Shown in pieces: positions 63,189-64,000 of a stretch of 64,000 nucleotides of DNA. The position numbers and the translations under genes were made by a program. The stretch lies in NCBI GenBank assembly GCA_036267775.1, contig DATAVM010000090.1, positions 1,172 to 65,171 of the forward strand, given 5' to 3'. Position 1 is the stretch's first letter, and each line of letters opens with the position of its first letter. This stretch comes from Gemmatimonadales bacterium. Its GTDB lineage: Bacteria > Gemmatimonadota > Gemmatimonadetes > Gemmatimonadales > GWC2-71-9. The notes beneath the pieces were generated by a model. It worked only from the letters and a program-made list of their open reading frames with translations, was not told the origin of the DNA and did not search any database.

Positions 63189-64000
63189 TCAGAACCGCGG
63201 CGTCAGGCGAATGACGAGCCGCAGCGGCTCGTGGACGGCAAAGCCGTGGGCCACATAGAAGCCGAACGTGCCGGCATCGATGCCGACACCGGCATCGCTG
63301 TGCCATTCACTCAAGCGTTGAATCCGGTTGGTCGGCACGAATCCGGCACTGTCGCCGGCAAGCCAGCCGCCCGCCGCATCGCCAAACGCCACGAGTGCGG
63401 GGCGATGTACGCCGACGTCATAGCCGGCGATGCGAGCCCGGATGTTGAGACCGATGGTGCGGCGGAACTCGATCTGTGCCGCCATGGTGCGGTCGCAGAG
63501 CGCCGGCGTCGCGCTGTTGGGGCGGCGTTCCCGGTCGCAATTGAATTCACGGAAATCGAAGGCGGTGAGATCATCACCGGCGCCAACGGCACGCCGCCGC
63601 TGGATGGTCAGCGGATCGCCGCTCAGCCAGCCGCCGCCGCTCAAGCGCAGATGCACGCTTTCCACGGGATCGAGGCGAAGGTAGAGCCGCGCGTCAAAAT
63701 CGAGCTCGGTCTCGGCGTAGTCGGTCGACGGCATCGCGGCGCGGATGGTGGTCGGGAGCGAGACCGCGGTCAGATCATCGCTGCGCACATGCTGCAGCGT
63801 GCCGCTCACGTAGAGGCCCGAGGTCGGATGCGTTGCGTCGTCACGCGTGTCCCACGTGCCGGTGAGCGACAACGTCTGGTAGGTGCCGTCGTCGATCAGC
63901 GGATTGGGACGCCAGGCCTCGTCATTGCGCGCGAACGAAAAGACATCCTGCGCGCTCAGCGTCGTCTCGCGGGCGCTATCCCAGCGGCCGTTGAGGGAGA
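63189..64000 (-). CDS. Omp85/BamA-family beta-barrel protein, C-terminal part (the N-terminus lies beyond the right edge)
   Basis: The minus-strand frame is open from 64000 down to the stop at 63189; the track lists only 63189..63872. ...LTGTWDTRDDATHPTSGLYVSG... and the terminal ...LVIRLTPRF (C-terminal Phe) are typical of Omp85 barrels. Confidence 0.65.
   Translation of the reverse strand, partial: SLNGRWDSARETTLSAQDVFSFARNDEAWRPNPLIDDGTYQTLSLTGTWDTRDDATHPTSGLYVSGTLQHVRSDDLTAVSLPTTIRAAMPSTDYAETELDFDARLYLRLDPVESVHLRLSGGGWLSGDPLTIQRRRAVGAGDDLTAFDFREFNCDRERRPNSATPALCDRTMAAQIEFRRTIGLNIRARIAGYDVGVHRPALVAFGDAAGGWLAGDSAGFVPTNRIQRLSEWHSDAGVGIDAGTFGFYVAHGFAVHEPLRLVIRLTPRF

Noticed and set aside
1-64000. 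Scan for CRISPR arrays, IS elements or transposases, integrases, phage genes, rRNA and tRNA
   Set aside because: I found no spaced direct-repeat arrays, no transposase- or integrase-like translations in the ORF track, and no rRNA-like or cloverleaf-like regions in the few non-coding gaps. All gaps are under 270 bp.

Overview
The window is a visibly GC-rich chromosomal segment (GC not computed) from a diderm bacterium. Lgt, TamA/TamB, a second Omp85, a GT9 heptosyltransferase, an MsbA-like exporter and Wzm/Wzt are all present. A PorX-type REC-PglZ regulator hints at an FCB-group/Gemmatimonadota-like lineage, but that is inference only. I call about 64 protein-coding genes. I found no rRNA, tRNA, CRISPR array, transposase, integrase or prophage signature. 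Layout: (i) 1-8.9 kb, minus strand: glcD', a sigma-70-family factor, aroB, a PduO-type adenosyltransferase, fprA, dacB, and a DppB/DppA-like pair. (ii) 9-20.5 kb, plus strand: tamA-tamB-lipid kinase, then a chain of six genes with overlapping stop/start codons (NtrC-like regulator, 8-Cys mini-protein, NlpC/P60, HAD, hypothetical, acpS). (iii) 20.7-35.5 kb, minus strand: a 21-gene housekeeping block (yebC ruvC ruvA Zn-ribbon ruvB queA dinB-like tgt yajC def fmt thiE thiS thiG rsmB PASTA rpe tlpA x2 tsaD lgt). (iv) 36.4-57.3 kb: an envelope-glycan locus containing GT9, the PorX-like regulator, an MsbA-like ABC exporter, two CgeB-like proteins, two FkbM methyltransferases, GT2 and GT4 enzymes, Wzm/Wzt, an acyltransferase-3, a class-V PLP enzyme and an orphan DppC-like permease. 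(v) 57.3-64 kb: tyrS, mrcA, an amidohydrolase, an HNH endonuclease, a secreted hypothetical and a partial Omp85. The best candidate for something undescribed is the PorX-type REC-PglZ regulator, which sits in an operon with a lipid/glycan ABC exporter and no type IX secretion genes in view. Secondary leads are a kinase-less PASTA protein at the PrkC synteny position, two Cys-rich mini-ORFs tightly coupled inside operons, an NtrC-like protein with a degenerate GAFTGA loop, a split dppAB / dppC arrangement, and twin perfect palindromes upstream of tyrS. All calls rest on my own reading of translations and motifs. No searches were run.
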